Below are positions 50,676 to 62,548 of a stretch of DNA of 64,000 nucleotides, one piece after another. This DNA is from Oikopleura dioica (lineage: Eukaryota; Animalia; Chordata). Within the stretch, counting starts at the first letter, position 1. Each line of letters starts with the position of its first letter. The position numbers were made by a program, and so were the translations under genes. The notes under the pieces were generated by a model. It did not search any database. It was not told the origin of the DNA and saw only the letters and a list, made by a program, of their open reading frames with translations. The DNA is taken from assembly GCA_907165135.1 (NCBI GenBank), contig OU015569.1:12214001-12278000 (forward strand). Direction: 5' to 3'.

Positions 50676-52020
50676 AGAAAAAGAAGCGGCGAACGGTCAA
50701 GCAAGTGCGGATCGACCGCCTCAACAGACGTGGTCCGGGTGGACTCTTCGACCGTAAGTACAGACCTTGTTTAGCCATTTATGATCTCATTCTTCTTCAG
50801 AACCGAATACTGACGATTCGATGATGGATCAAACTGGAGACAGCCGCTGGAGCGATCTGTCTTCGGGCACACTCCCAGAGCCCTCCAGTGGTCAAAGTCA
50901 GGGATTTAAAAAGGTAAGGGAAAATTTGAGAGGATCGATTTGGGAGATCATTGTTCATTATTACTTACTTTAATGTCCTGAAGGAAGTTGTCGACCTGGT
51001 CGAAGATGATCTTGACAAGCTCATCTCCTTTGACAACAACGCTATCATTGCTAGCTAGCACTTCCATTGCATTTTCGTAAGCGTTTTGGAAGTCATCGAA
51101 TCGGCTTAAAATACACACGCACTTGAACAGCAACAAAATAACAAAATCTCATTCATTCATTCTTTTCAGGACCTTCAGATCGACGAGATAGTAGCAATAG
51201 AGAAGAATCCAGAAGATGAAGAGGAAAATCTAGAAAAAGGACTTTTCGCTCGCTTCCTCGGTAGATAGAGAGTTTGTTCTACGGCTTACTAACTCTTTTA
51301 AGTTTTCATAACACAAGTTGTTATCATCGTTGGCTTTCCAATTTTCATTTGGAGCTGCTTCAAAATCGTGCAAGAGTACGAACGAGCAGTCATTTTCCGC
51401 TTGGGTCAACTCAAACAGCGTAAAGCAGTTGGACCAGGCATTATCTGGATCAACTTCTTCACCGACACTTTAATCAAGGTACGATTTAGAAAAGAACAGG
51501 TTATCAATTGACTGTATTTTAGATCGACGGAAGAACAGTTTGCTTTGAAATCCCAAGCCAAGAGATTCTGACCAAGGATTCAGTCACTATCCGTGTCGAT
51601 GCGGTCGTTTATTACCGAAAAGTTGAGCCAACCAGGTCCGTCTGCGAAGTGGAGAATTCTGATCATTCTACTGTAAGTTCCTCAAACTTGGAAAAAATGA
51701 TAATCAAAATTGTCAGAGACTTCTGGCACAAGTAACTCTCCTAAACACCTTGCGCACTCGAACATTGACAGAAGTTCTTTCTGAGGGAGAGTCAATCAGC
51801 GACGAAATCCAGCAAGCTCTTACCAGTGCTACAGATCCATGGGGAATTTGCGTTGAACGCGTCGAGCTCAAAGATGTTGTTCTTCCGGCACAAGTAAGAG
51901 GACTTTCCAAAAGCAACATTTGTAATAGGCTCTTTTCAAAATTATATTCAGATGCAACGTGCGATGGCCGCAGATGCTGAAGCGACTCGGGAGGCAAAGG
52001 CCAAGATCATCCAGTTAACC
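50676..52020 (+). CDS. Stomatin/MEC-2/podocin-like SPFH protein; the conserved C-terminal tail was not found
   Basis: FPIFIWSCFKIVQEYERAVIFRLG, EILTKDSVTIRVDAVVYYR, ATDPWGICVERVELKDVVLPAQ|MQRAMAADAEATREAKAKII. GT-AG introns. Confidence 0.88.
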
Positions 52021-52307
52021 ATTCATTCCCGTTAACCCTCGCCTTGCTCACTTTCTCACTAATTCCAAGCTGTAATAAAAAAATATCAAGCCACGATGCA
52101 ATTAGTTTTATGGAAAAATGCATCAGTTAAGCAAAAATTTCAGAGCACTTTTTTGATAAAAAAAAATAGATATAATTGCTTTTTTATAATTTACAAGCAG
52201 CTTTGACAGCTAGTTCCTTTGACCTAACAGTACCGAAAATGATGAAAGCTGGACAATGATGATTATCCCAATCTGCTCAGATTTTATCATTTCCGGGAGA
52301 TATAAGG

Positions 52308-52454
52308 ATTGGCAACCTGTGTAGAAAACCTGAGTCAGGTTCTGAAGAACTTAAATCTAAAACTGCGGCTTCGTTTAAAAAAAGCCCCTACGTGGCTTTT
52401 CATCGAAACTCTTCAGAACCTGACTCAGGTTTTCTTCACTGGTTGCCGAACCCA
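52308..52454. mobile_element. MITE-A copy
   Basis: TIR pair. Confidence 0.75.
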
Positions 52455-52594
52455 GGAGAGCAAGAAAAAACAGCTCGTTTCTGTTTTTGGAAATCTCCTT
52501 CGGTAGCATTCGAGCGCTCTTTAAAACGTCAGGCTCTTTTCAACCGAAAAGTCACTTTATTTTTTTCCAGCTAGAGAATTAGAGAACTCGAAAA

Positions 52595-53022
52595 ATGCAA
52601 AATCAACAAGTAGAACTGGACGAAGAAGAGCTACGGCGCCGCTCGCAAATGAGCATCGACTTGGAAGCGACTCTCAATCGAGCGAGAAATGGGCAAAAAC
52701 GGTTTAAAAATTTTCGTAGAGACGTTTTCAGTTTCAATTCAAAGCCGTTTGAAAAAGAGGAGTGCATCCAAACGCGACTCCGCCGGACATCCGAAAGATC
52801 CCCAGAGCAGTGGTCTTGTGCGCTTCTGTTTACGCGATTCTGACGCTAGTAGCGATAGCGATTATTCTCGGAGGTAGGCGCGTATTCCAGCTCGACCCGT
52901 CGCTCCTCGAAATGAAAGGAGATCGTAAAATAACGCGTGATTTTAGTAACGTTGACGAAGAAGGAATAAAAATGATCGCAAGAGCTACTGATTCGTTGAC
53001 AAGATCAATCTGGTCGAAATAA
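52595..53022 (+). CDS. Small single-pass membrane protein (two exons)
   Basis: MQNQQVELDEEELRRR... is joined by a GT-AG intron to ...AVVLCASVYAILTLVAIAIILGG... Confidence 0.45.
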
Positions 53023-53109
53023 ATTCAATTATTGAAGAGTTTAACCCTGACTCAGGTTTCTGAAACCAGCGAATTCTTGAAGTGATAACATAGACGCTCG
53101 GGGCTTAAA

Positions 53110-53761
53110 TTATTGTTGAAATTTAGACATTGCTGTATTTGTATTTGACAGTTTCAAGAAAATTAAACATGTTGACATCGTAGACGGAATCTGCGGAGTG
53201 ATGTCTCTTTTGATTTTTAAATGTTTCTGGAAAAAGAAAAAATATTTTGTTGATTGAAAAAATGTCCTATGAATGCGCCGGCGAGAAACGGGATCTTCGA
53301 CGAATTCCTCGTAGTATTCTTGAGCGCTCGATTTCGAATTCGGGCAGCAGTGGGGGCAATAGAAGCGGAACAGATATTTGAAGTAGCCGCTGAAGTCGAA
53401 GACCAAGTATGCCAGCGACATCAGCAGCACAAACCCCTAGAAAAACGTTGAGAATCAAAATCGGTAAGAAAAAATAGGGGAGTCACTTTCTTTACTCCGT
53501 AAGAAAATTCAGTACTAAAATTCGGTTCGACAATATTTCCTCCTGTTAGTCCGTTTCTTTCAATTTTACCGGTAAAAGAATGAAGATCGCCATCCGCACT
53601 TTGTCCTGCGTTTGCATCGAGTTATCATTGTGAATGACTGTAATTGCAATAAAAAAGAATCGTGAATTTAAACTCCCTCTACCTGGAATCAAGCCAGAAA
53701 TGTTCGTCTCCGTCAAATAATTCTCTATTGCCTGATCAATGTAAATCTCATTTTCGTTCAT
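53110..53761 (-). CDS. Small membrane protein (MNENEIYIDQAIENYL...KVRMAIFILLP|GFVLLMSLAYLVFDF...CPHCCP)
   Basis: In-frame exons with GT-AG introns and a hydrophobic segment. A paralogous copy of exons 1-2 lies at about 54575-54775. Confidence 0.55.
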
Positions 53762-54559
53762 TTTTCGATTTTTATCTTTTGAAAATGAAACTTTTTCACT
53801 TTCAAATTCCGTATAAATGCGCTTCAAACGACAGAATTGACCGCATTGCGGCTTTAAAGTTCACAAAAATCACTTTCTCTGACACAAGAGGTTTCCCGTG
53901 AGCAAAAGCTTTGTTGAGATTTATTACAAAAATCAATTCAAATTAGAGTCAGAGTCAAATCAAGTTTCAGTTTTTTCGGAAAAATTTGCAATACAATTGA
54001 GCGTTTAAATCGAAAATTACATTATGAAGCATTTTATTCTCGGAAAATAAATTTAAAACCTGCCCTTTTCGCGACGACCAACAGGTTTTATACCCAATAT
54101 GAAAATGACCAATAGAGGGAGACAAAACCACTCGAGCTAGTAATTGTGTTTATTTTATTTACCGAAGATGGACGCTAAGGAACTCCAAATTTAGGCAACA
54201 AATATGAGAAGGAAAGTCTACAAGAGATCGAGGATTTATGCAATTAGAATTGGTAACGGACAAATTATTCTATAATTTGGCTAGAATTATGGCAGTTATG
54301 GGCCTTATTCCCCTAAAGCCTAACCCAGGGGACCCCCTAGTAGGTACTCTCAGCCCTTAACCCTAATCCCTAACCGAGAATAAAGTTTGGTACCAGACCA
54401 ATTCTAGCTACATTATAGAAAAATTGATCAGTACCAATTCTAATTGCAACTTTTCTAGATCGAAAGTCCACTGAGTGGACTCCACTCAGTTGAAAGAGAA
54501 AATGAGATAGGAAAGACGATGATTTAAGGGTGTCTCTTTTTAATTCGAAAATAGCGCCC

Positions 54560-54870
54560 TCTTTCAGTGAACTTTACCGGTAAAAGAATGAAGATTGCCA
54601 TTCGCACTTTGTCCTGCGTTTGCATCGTGTTATCATTGTGAATGACTGTAATTTCAATCATCAGCAAACATCAATTAAAGCTGGGATCTTCTACCTGGGA
54701 TCCGCCCGGAAATGTTCGTCTCGACCAAGTAATTCTCTATCGCCTGGTCGATATAAAACTCGTTTTCGTCCATCGTTTTTGATTTCAATTTAAAATTGGC
54801 AAAAGCCGTTTTTACTTTTCCGAATTAATGCGCTTCGAAAGACAGTATTGACCGCATTTTTGGTTTGAAA
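54560..54870 (-). pseudogene. Partial tandem duplicate of the 53110-53761 gene (first two exons only seen)
   Basis: MDENEFYIDQAIENYLVETNISGRIP / VIHNDNTMQTQDKVRMAIFILLP; high DNA similarity to about 53565-53870. Confidence 0.55.
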
Positions 54871-55114
54871 CACTTTTTTGCGAGGAACAATGGCTCCTGA
54901 TTTTCTCTCTGCATCTTCTCGCCTGTAAAAGCTTTGTCGTGATTTATTACAGAAGATCAATTCAAATTAGCTTCAACAGGTCCAGTAGCTCAGAGCTTCT
55001 GATTAATAATTTTTATAGGAAAGAATCAAAAAAGGCAGCAAATACGAAAAAGAAGGTCGAAAACAAATATATTTTTGAAAAGATAAAATTGGTAAAAATA
55101 TCTAGCAGCTGGAG

Positions 55115-56273
55115 TCTAGCAACATCTTCGTGTCCTCGGCGGGACAACAGGTCGTTGAAGATCCAGGACTACGTTTTCGCCTTCTGACTTTTCCAATTCC
55201 AGCGTGTCCTTTTTCAGAATATCTTTCGCAAGCTAAAAATTGAGATTCAAGAAAGAAGTTAGCTTAAGTAATTTTTACCTCGAGAAAAGTGCTTTCGACG
55301 TTGATTCCTTCCTGCGCAGAAGTTTCAAAATACTTGATTCTGTTTTGATCTGCGAAGCGCTGTGCTCGCAGCTTTGAAACCGCTCTTCGGTCCTCACAGT
55401 CGCATTTGGCCGCGACGAGGGCGGCAGTGATGTCTTCCGGCGCGTGCGTTTGGATACTTTCCAGCCAGTAGGAAACGTTTTCGAAGCTCTTTTCGCTCGT
55501 CATGTCGAAAACTAACATTATTCCATTCGAACCTCTAAAAATATGAAATCATTGTTAAACTTACTCAGTTTTTCTCGCACCTACTATTAGTTTTCTCTTA
55601 GAGTTAATCCAGCGACACCCTTATTTTATGATAACATTCTACGCCTGGGCTCGGCAACCTGAGTAGAAAACCTGAGTCAGGCTTTGGAAGAGCTTAAATG
55701 AAGAGCCGCATGGCGGCTTTTTCAAACGAAGCCGCAAATCGGCTTCGCCAGGAATAAAGAGAAAATTTAAATGGTTTAATTGCGAAGCCGCTTCGGGGCT
55801 TCGATTTAAAAAAGCCGCTACGAGACTTCCAGAACCTGACTCAGGTTTTCTACTCAGGTTGCCGAGCCCAGGCGTAGAATGTTATCATAAAATAAGGGTG
55901 TCAGTTTGCTAACTCCGAAAAACCTCTCTGCGCGAGTGATGTCTAGAGTCTAGACTTTAGCGTCCCTTATTGAAAAGAAAAACCTGTAATAAGACTGCGT
56001 CATTGTCCTGAATCGCTCTGCCCCAGCCGTATCCCACACCTGAAGCTTTATTCTCTTCCCGTCAATCACCACTGTTTTTATTTTAAAGTCGATTCCGATC
56101 GTCGCAATCATGGAAGACTCAAATTTGTTATTCGAAGAGCGCAGCAGCAAAGATGTCTTCCCTGAAATCAAAATTAAAAAAACAGCAAAAAGCTTCGAAA
56201 AACCCGCTCCAGAGTCGCCGATAAGCAAAATTTTCAAGCTCAAATCGTGTTGTTCAGAATCTCTAAAGTCCAT
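55115..56273 (-). CDS. Rab GTPase (Rab8/10/13-like subfamily)
   Basis: [65 protein letters not shown]-terminal RRCC* prenylation motif. Four exons. Confidence 0.93.
55614..55902. mobile_element. MITE-A (55645-55871) with perfect 31-bp inverted flanks, inside Rab intron 2
   Basis: GACACCCTTATTTTATGATAACATTCTACGC / GCGTAGAATGTTATCATAAAATAAGGGTGTC abut the TIRs directly; no direct TSD. Confidence 0.92.
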
Positions 56274-56699
56274 TTTTGTGTTTTTGACGAGCGTTTTTTG
56301 AAATTGTCGCGTTTTTGGGCATCATTTTTTTAACGATCATGAATTATTTGAGATAAATGGAATAATTGAATCGACCAATTGCCAAAAGATCACCAAAAGT
56401 TTTATTTAAGGACCCCTTAATTTAAGGGGATAGACCCCTAATAGCGAATTTGATTTTCTCCTTTTAACGAAGTGACCCCCCTAATTCTTCTCTCGAAGCG
56501 AAATTTGGGTTTTCTGATAAATTTTTCTTTATAAAAGTTGAAGTTTAAAATTTAAGGAAAATTTGAAACTGGCTGGACTCGTGATGATGAATGATCTATT
56601 AGAATCATCAGACTGGCATCCGTAAAATGCTTCAGTAGTGGCCATGGGAAGCGTTACGGCTGAGGACTCCAGTTGATAGAGGCTCGTGGACGCGGCTGA

Positions 56700-58024
56700 T
56701 ATTGTGTCTCACTTGGATAAATTCTTGAAGCAGCGAGCAGAGAAAGAGACTTTAATTCGCGAATTTCGACTTATTGGAAATGAGAGCGGCGCTTTTGCAG
56801 CTTTCTGGACTGCTTCCGAGGCGCAGTTCAATTGTGCCAATACTCAGAACACTTGTGACGGAGTGAAAGATTGCTTCGATGGAATTGACGAAGTCCAATG
56901 CAGAAGGGTTAATTATGATTTCTTTTTCCGAAATTGCTCGAAATGTTTTCGATGTGCACCCAACAGCTGAGCTCGGAAAACCTGAGTCAGGGTCTGAAGA
57001 GCTTTAATGAAAAGCCGCGTAGGGGCTTTTTAAAAACGAAGCAGCATAGCGGCTTCGCGAAATTATCATTCCAATCTATCGAAAATTCTGGCGATAGATT
57101 TCAATGGTAATATTAGCGAAGCCGCTTCGCGGCTTGGTTTTAAAAAGCCGCTGCGCGGCTTTTCATTTCAGTTCTTTATTCCAATCATTTTTTGAATTCT
57201 GAGTCAGACCCTGACTCAGGTTTTCTTCGTTACCAAATCTAGCCCTAGAACTAAGCAAATAGAAGAAAATGAGCTAACCCGCGATCAGTGTAGTCTGCGG
57301 CATGAACCAATTCAGCTGCGACGCAAACAACCCCAACACGCAATGCATCGACCAGCAACAGATCTGCAATGGCCAGCGCGACTGCTCGAACGGCTTGGAC
57401 GAAACAAACTGCTTCCAGTGGGGGCAGTGGGGAAGCTGGGATGCTTCGACTTGCTCCGCGGACAAGTGCAAAAGTCAGGATACCTGCGATGCGGATTGCG
57501 TCGTCATTCGACAGCGCGGCTGCTTCGACGCTTATGGAAATCCGATGAATGTTATGATGGATCCGAAATGCGGAGATCGACAAGGTTTGAAAAGCCCTAC
57601 GCTCGGCAATAACTTCATTTATAGTCCTTTGCGGCGACAAATGTGGCGTCAGCGCTGAAGTAAAGGGAACATGTGAAGGCTGCGGTGGATTTACCGTCAC
57701 TGTAACTGGAATTAAAAGAGAAGCTTCTCATTTATGAAAATAATTAAGAATCGACCTTCCGTCACCACGACGCCACGTGATTCTAGCGGAGGAAAGTGCT
57801 ACGAAAACAGCTATTTCGATTGCTGGTGGATCTGGCTTATAATCGTCCTGATCATCATCATCGTAAGAAAAGGGCCAATAGCGCCACCGAATGTTTCTTT
57901 TTAGATTTTGATAATCATTCTTTGCTTGCTGAGACTCTGCTGCGCCGACTGCTGGGCTGCTTGCTGCGCTTGTGCATGTTTCAAGAAAAAAGTAGGGGCT
58001 CTAGAATCATGTGGCGTTTCATGA
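56700..58024 (+). CDS. LDL-receptor class A repeats + TSP1 + transmembrane + Cys-rich tail protein; 5' end uncertain
   Basis: CDGVKDCFDGIDEVQC and CIDQQQICNGQRDCSNGLDETNC (LDLa); WGQWGSW...RQRGC (TSP1); WWIWLIIVLIIII|ILIIILCLL (TM); CCADCWAACCACAC. Confidence 0.75.
56968..57225. mobile_element. Intronic degenerate long MITE-A
   Basis: CCTGAGTCAGG...CCTGACTCAGG with internal GCCGC/GCGGC modules. Confidence 0.7.
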
Positions 58025-58426
58025 TCTATTTTCAAGACAAAAGTAGTGGAAACTTGGATACGTTGCGAAGAAACACTCTTGTTCCGGATCATTCTCGTCC
58101 TGCTCAAGCAAAAGGTAGTAGAAGAAATATTTGAATGAATAATGAAATGAATAATTTCAAGGCACGAGATTTGAAGGATACGATGATTGAAAAACAAGAA
58201 GACCCTAACTGCAACACCCGAACTGAACAAAAGAATCACACAAACATTGCCTTGCTTTTTTTTTGTAATATTTTAAAATATAAAAAGTCTTTTTACTATC
58301 TTTTGATGTCATTCGGAATGACTCATTCCCAAAATCATAACTTGAAAATGATTTTTTTTGCAAACATAAAAGACAACTTTTATTAAATTTCTGCGAAATA
58401 GAAGATGAAAGAAGAGGGTTGTTGAG

Positions 58427-59697
58427 CTAAGAAGGGAAAAGGTGCAAAACATCAGTAGCAGTGAATTCGATCCGACAGTGGGGGCAAGTGTCGCCTTTGG
58501 AAGCGCAGGAAGAGCAAAGCATGTGCCCGCAAACGCTCAGGCAGCTCATCTTCTTTTCGGAATCGTCGAAGCTCTTTTTGAAGGATAAAGAAATGAATCA
58601 AGTTGAATCAACAATGAAAATGGGCAATTACGAAGTTACACCTATTTGGGGATTCTCTTCGAGGGGGCATTTTAGGATCCCCCACTATAGAATGTTTTAT
58701 CCTTTCCTCGACGCATATCGAGCAGTTTCCAAGCTTTTCAAACGCCGTCAATCTCGTATTTTCCAGCTTGAGCTCGTCCAGCTGAAGTCGAAGGTTCAAG
58801 TTTTCATCCGTCGCGTCCCTGGAAACATCGAGCAGCGAGTTTTGCTGGTCAATCTGATCCTCTAGCTTCGCTACTTCTTTTTCCAAGCCCGCCTCTCTGA
58901 ATGAATGAAAATATTATTTCGAAAAAAGAGTTGGAAGCAGAAAACGAACCTTCTGAGAGCAGCGCTGAGCAGAGTTTGTGTTCGTTTCTCGTTCAGTTGG
59001 GCTTCTTCAAGTTTACTCCTAAAAAAAAGGCTTTAGTCCCTAAAGCTTGGAAAAAATAGGGGTGGTGTCTGGAACCGACAAAAAAACTTCGACAAATTTT
59101 TTGTCGGCGACTACTCAGCTGCTGATTGGCCAGTTTGCCGAATCCAGGCTTCTGATTGGTTGAAAATTTCCACGCAAAATTTGTCGAAATTCTTTTGTCG
59201 GTTCCAGAGCCACCCCAAAATAAGGGTGTTTTATTAAGTGGAGACATAAGTTTGCACAAAAATCTTATTTACTAATATTCACTGCCTTATTAAAATTTTA
59301 AAAACCTTGATTACCTCAAAAGAAGAATTTCCTTTTCTGTATTTCTTTTGCCATTTTCAACGGCATTCGAAAGATGGCCCATTTGAACCTTGAAAACTGA
59401 CTGGAATCTGCGCAGTTGTTCGCTGACGCCTGCCTCGTTATTGCTGTGTTCCGAAGAAATCGTGCTGGAATTGCTCTCGACGCTAGAACGCGGCGTGGAA
59501 GCGGCGTTCATTCCTGGTTGAACTGCTTCGTTCAGCACCGCGCTGGGAATATCGTTCAGCGCCAGCGACTTGTAAGGCAAACTCGACTGGATGCCGCATG
59601 ACTTTGGAATGTTGAAACTTGCCGCTCTGGAAGGAAGCGGCGGCCGTTTCGGACGCTCTGGCTTTTCTGGCTTGAGTTCGTACTCTCTTAATTCCAT
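58427..59697 (-). CDS. Coiled-coil protein with a C-terminal RING-HC finger (putative E3 ligase)
   Basis: CSICVE|SFDDSEKKMSCLSVCGHMLCSSCASKGDTCPHCR after removing intron 58706-58574; upstream exons join in frame. Confidence 0.85.
59059..59216. mobile_element. Intronic palindromic MITE (TIR GGGGTGG..CTGGAACCGACAAAA)
   Basis: Mirrored arms; AAAATA on both sides. Confidence 0.7.
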
Positions 59698-59867
59698 CAG
59701 TCAAAATTTCAATCATCAACTGTCGACGTTTCAATTACAAAATAAAGAAGAAGCTCAGCAAGCTTGAAAAGCTCAAGTTCTCTTGAGTAAATCATTGAAC
59801 TTTTAGTTTTTTTTTGTAGTAAAGTTACTTTATTGAGGTTTTTTATTTTGTCAAACTTGGTATCTAT

Positions 59868-60098
59868 CTGGGCTCGGCAACCTGTGTAGAAAATCTGAGT
59901 CAGGGTCTGAAAGATCTTTAATGAAAAGCCGCGTAGCGGCTATTTTAAAAACGCTTCGCCAGAATTTTGCAACTTATTGAAATGATAAGTTGGTGGAGCC
60001 GCTTCGCGGCTTCGTTTTTAAAAAAGCCGCTACGCGGCTTTTCATTAAAGATCTTTCAGACCCTGAATCAGGTTTTCTACACAGGTTGCCGAGCCCAG
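59868..60098. mobile_element. Long MITE-A copy with 8-bp TSD GTATCTAT
   Basis: TIR pair, with identical TSD at 59860-59867 and 60099-60106. Confidence 0.93.
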
Positions 60099-60682
60099 GT
60101 ATCTATGATACCCTTAATTATTCCTATGAATTTTCTTAAAAAAGTCAATGCTCATTTGAAAGTAGACTCTAACTGATCTTATGTGTATCCTCTTATGCAC
60201 TAGAATTTTTCACTGAGAGTCAAGAGGTCCTTGGTTTGTCGCCTGCTTTACCTGCAAATGGACTTTCTGGAAGGAGGAACAGGTGGTTCTTTCTCTGCCA
60301 TAATAATCCGCTACTGACTGGCTTATTCGTGCCTGGCGCTGATGATATCCGAGGAAAACATAAAGCTTCGCATAATCTGCCCGAAGGGGATCCATACAAA
60401 ATCTTGAAAGGATAATCTGCCCATTTACACATTTCCCGTTTCGTTTCGTCCGAGAAGCGCGGTTCCTTTTTTTTCTCGCCGCAATAAAAATACTGCCGAA
60501 ATGCTTAGCTGAGATACGCAGCGTCACAATGATTTTTTTTATTGAAATCAACAAGGAAAATAAAGAAAAGGGTGTAGTTTTAATCCGATCCGGAAAAAGT
60601 GTTAATACAGCGGATTAGAAAAAGTACGTCGTGGAGCGAAATTAAAGCGCTAGAAGACAGATTGGAAAATATATAGAAGGAG

Positions 60683-61435
60683 CTATTTGGAGATTTGAAG
60701 GTAGAGCAGCGTGAATTGACCGTGTCCAGCTTGGGTTGCGTGGCGCGTTTCTAGTTCAGTGACTTTGAGCCCGAATTGATCGTAAGCCGATTTAACTTGC
60801 TCCAAGGTCAAGTGAAATGGCGGCCCGTTGGCGATCTCCGACTCATCCCTGAAATTTTCTTTAAAAAATATAAAAGAAAAACGTTACCTAAGAATCGCTT
60901 CCAAGAGAACAATCCCGCCATCTTGAAGTAGATTAAAAATCTTCTCCGCATATTTCTCCCGATCGTTTGGGTCAATCGCGACCATACTCCCACGGTCGAA
61001 AATGAACTCAAACTTCTCGTCTTCTGGGTAAAGATAGAAGTCCCCCGGCCGCAAGCTGATGTTGAGCGAGTCTTCTTCGGAGTTGGTGAAGCCGCCGAAG
61101 TGCGAGGTTTCGATCGCGTTTTCGAAGAAAAATTCGTCGATCGCTTTTTGAGAGAATTCGGAGCCGCGGACCAGGCAGCCTTGCTTCGCCGCCCTGAAGG
61201 TTAAATTTGGAAATTTGAAATCAAGGAAGAGTTTTTTTTTTTACCAAAGCATATCGATGGATTTGCCGCAGAGGGGAAAGAAGCAGCTGAGTTTCTTGCT
61301 CTCTTCAGCGTGCAAGTATTTGCTCTTCAAGTATTTTTCGAAGACAGAGTTGACTGTGGACACGTGCCAAGGAGTAACGTCGTTTTCCCAGGCATTTGAC
61401 CAGTCTTCAACGCTCAGTCCCGATTTACCACTCAT
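60683..61435 (-). CDS. TPMT: Thiopurine S-methyltransferase-like protein, copy 1
   Basis: W...TPWH, FFPLCGKSIDMLW, FIFDRGSMVAIDPNDREKYA, GPPFHL. Three exons. Confidence 0.9.
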
Positions 61436-61661
61436 TCGACAGCGATTAAGTCGCCCCAGACTTCTTAACATTGACTCTTAATTTAAGGGGGTGAAGATTC
61501 ATATCCCGAACGAAGTACTAGAAGGAAGATGTATCATTTTTTGGTGATTTAAAATAAGGGCCTCATTAAAAAAACCCTTGAAGAAAAGTCAGAATAAAAC
61601 TCAAAAAGAAAAATCTGAATTTTTGATAATCGAGAAGTGAAGGCAGAAAATTAACAGTCCT

Positions 61662-62449
61662 CTAAAAAGTAATCTCAATTTCATTGATGGTAATGAGCCC
61701 AAGTCGCTCAAGACTGGAGCGGTCTTCATAAGTGCCGAGAAGGTTCACTTTCATTCCTATCTTCTCATACGCGTTTTTGACATCTTCCAGGGTCAGATGA
61801 AATGGCGGCCCGTTTTTCAAGTGCTCCTCGTCTCTGAATTTGAAATGAAGACTTCGATTTCGGCACTCTTTATATCGCTTCCCAGAATGAGAATGAATCT
61901 AACCAGCGATAAAACTTAAAAACCCGACCTGGAAATCGCCGAGAGCAGCACTTTCCCATCGCTGCGAAGCAACTTCTTGATTTTCTCAGCATATTTTTCG
62001 CGGTCTGAAGGGTTGACAGCGACCATGCTCCCACGGTCGAAAATTAATGCAAACTTTTCACCCTCCGGGAACTCGAAGAAATCGCCCTGTTTCAATCCAA
62101 TATCGAGGCTTTTCGAAGTTGACTGGCGGAAGCCGTTTTCTTCCTTGTTTTCAATGCTGTTTTCTTCGAAAAATTGGTCGATCGCGAGCTGCGAAAATTC
62201 AGCCCCGCGGACTTTGCATCCTTTTTCAGCTACCCTAGAAAAAAATTTCTTTTTTCATCCTTTTCGCTGTTTTAAGTCTTACCAAATCATGTCCAAAGTC
62301 TTTCCACAAAGCGGGAAGAAAGTGTCGGGCTTTGCATCAGTTGGAAAATACTTCTCCAGTGTTGGATTAACTTCGCTTTTATGCCAACCGGTTCGCTTGT
62401 CGACCCATCGTTGATTCCAGTCGTCTAGTTTCATGTCCACGCCCGACAT
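61662..62449 (-). CDS. TPMT: Thiopurine S-methyltransferase-like protein, copy 2
   Basis: WNQRWVDKRTGWH, FFPLCGKTLDMIW, FDRGSMVAVNP, NGPPFHL. Same exon layout as copy 1. Confidence 0.9.
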
Positions 62450-62548
62450 TTCTCTTTAGTTTTTGACCAGTCTAAGAGTTTTGGCTTCATTACAGTAATG
62501 TCGTCTTTTAGTAATTTAAAATTCTAGCAATTTTAATATTAATATTTT

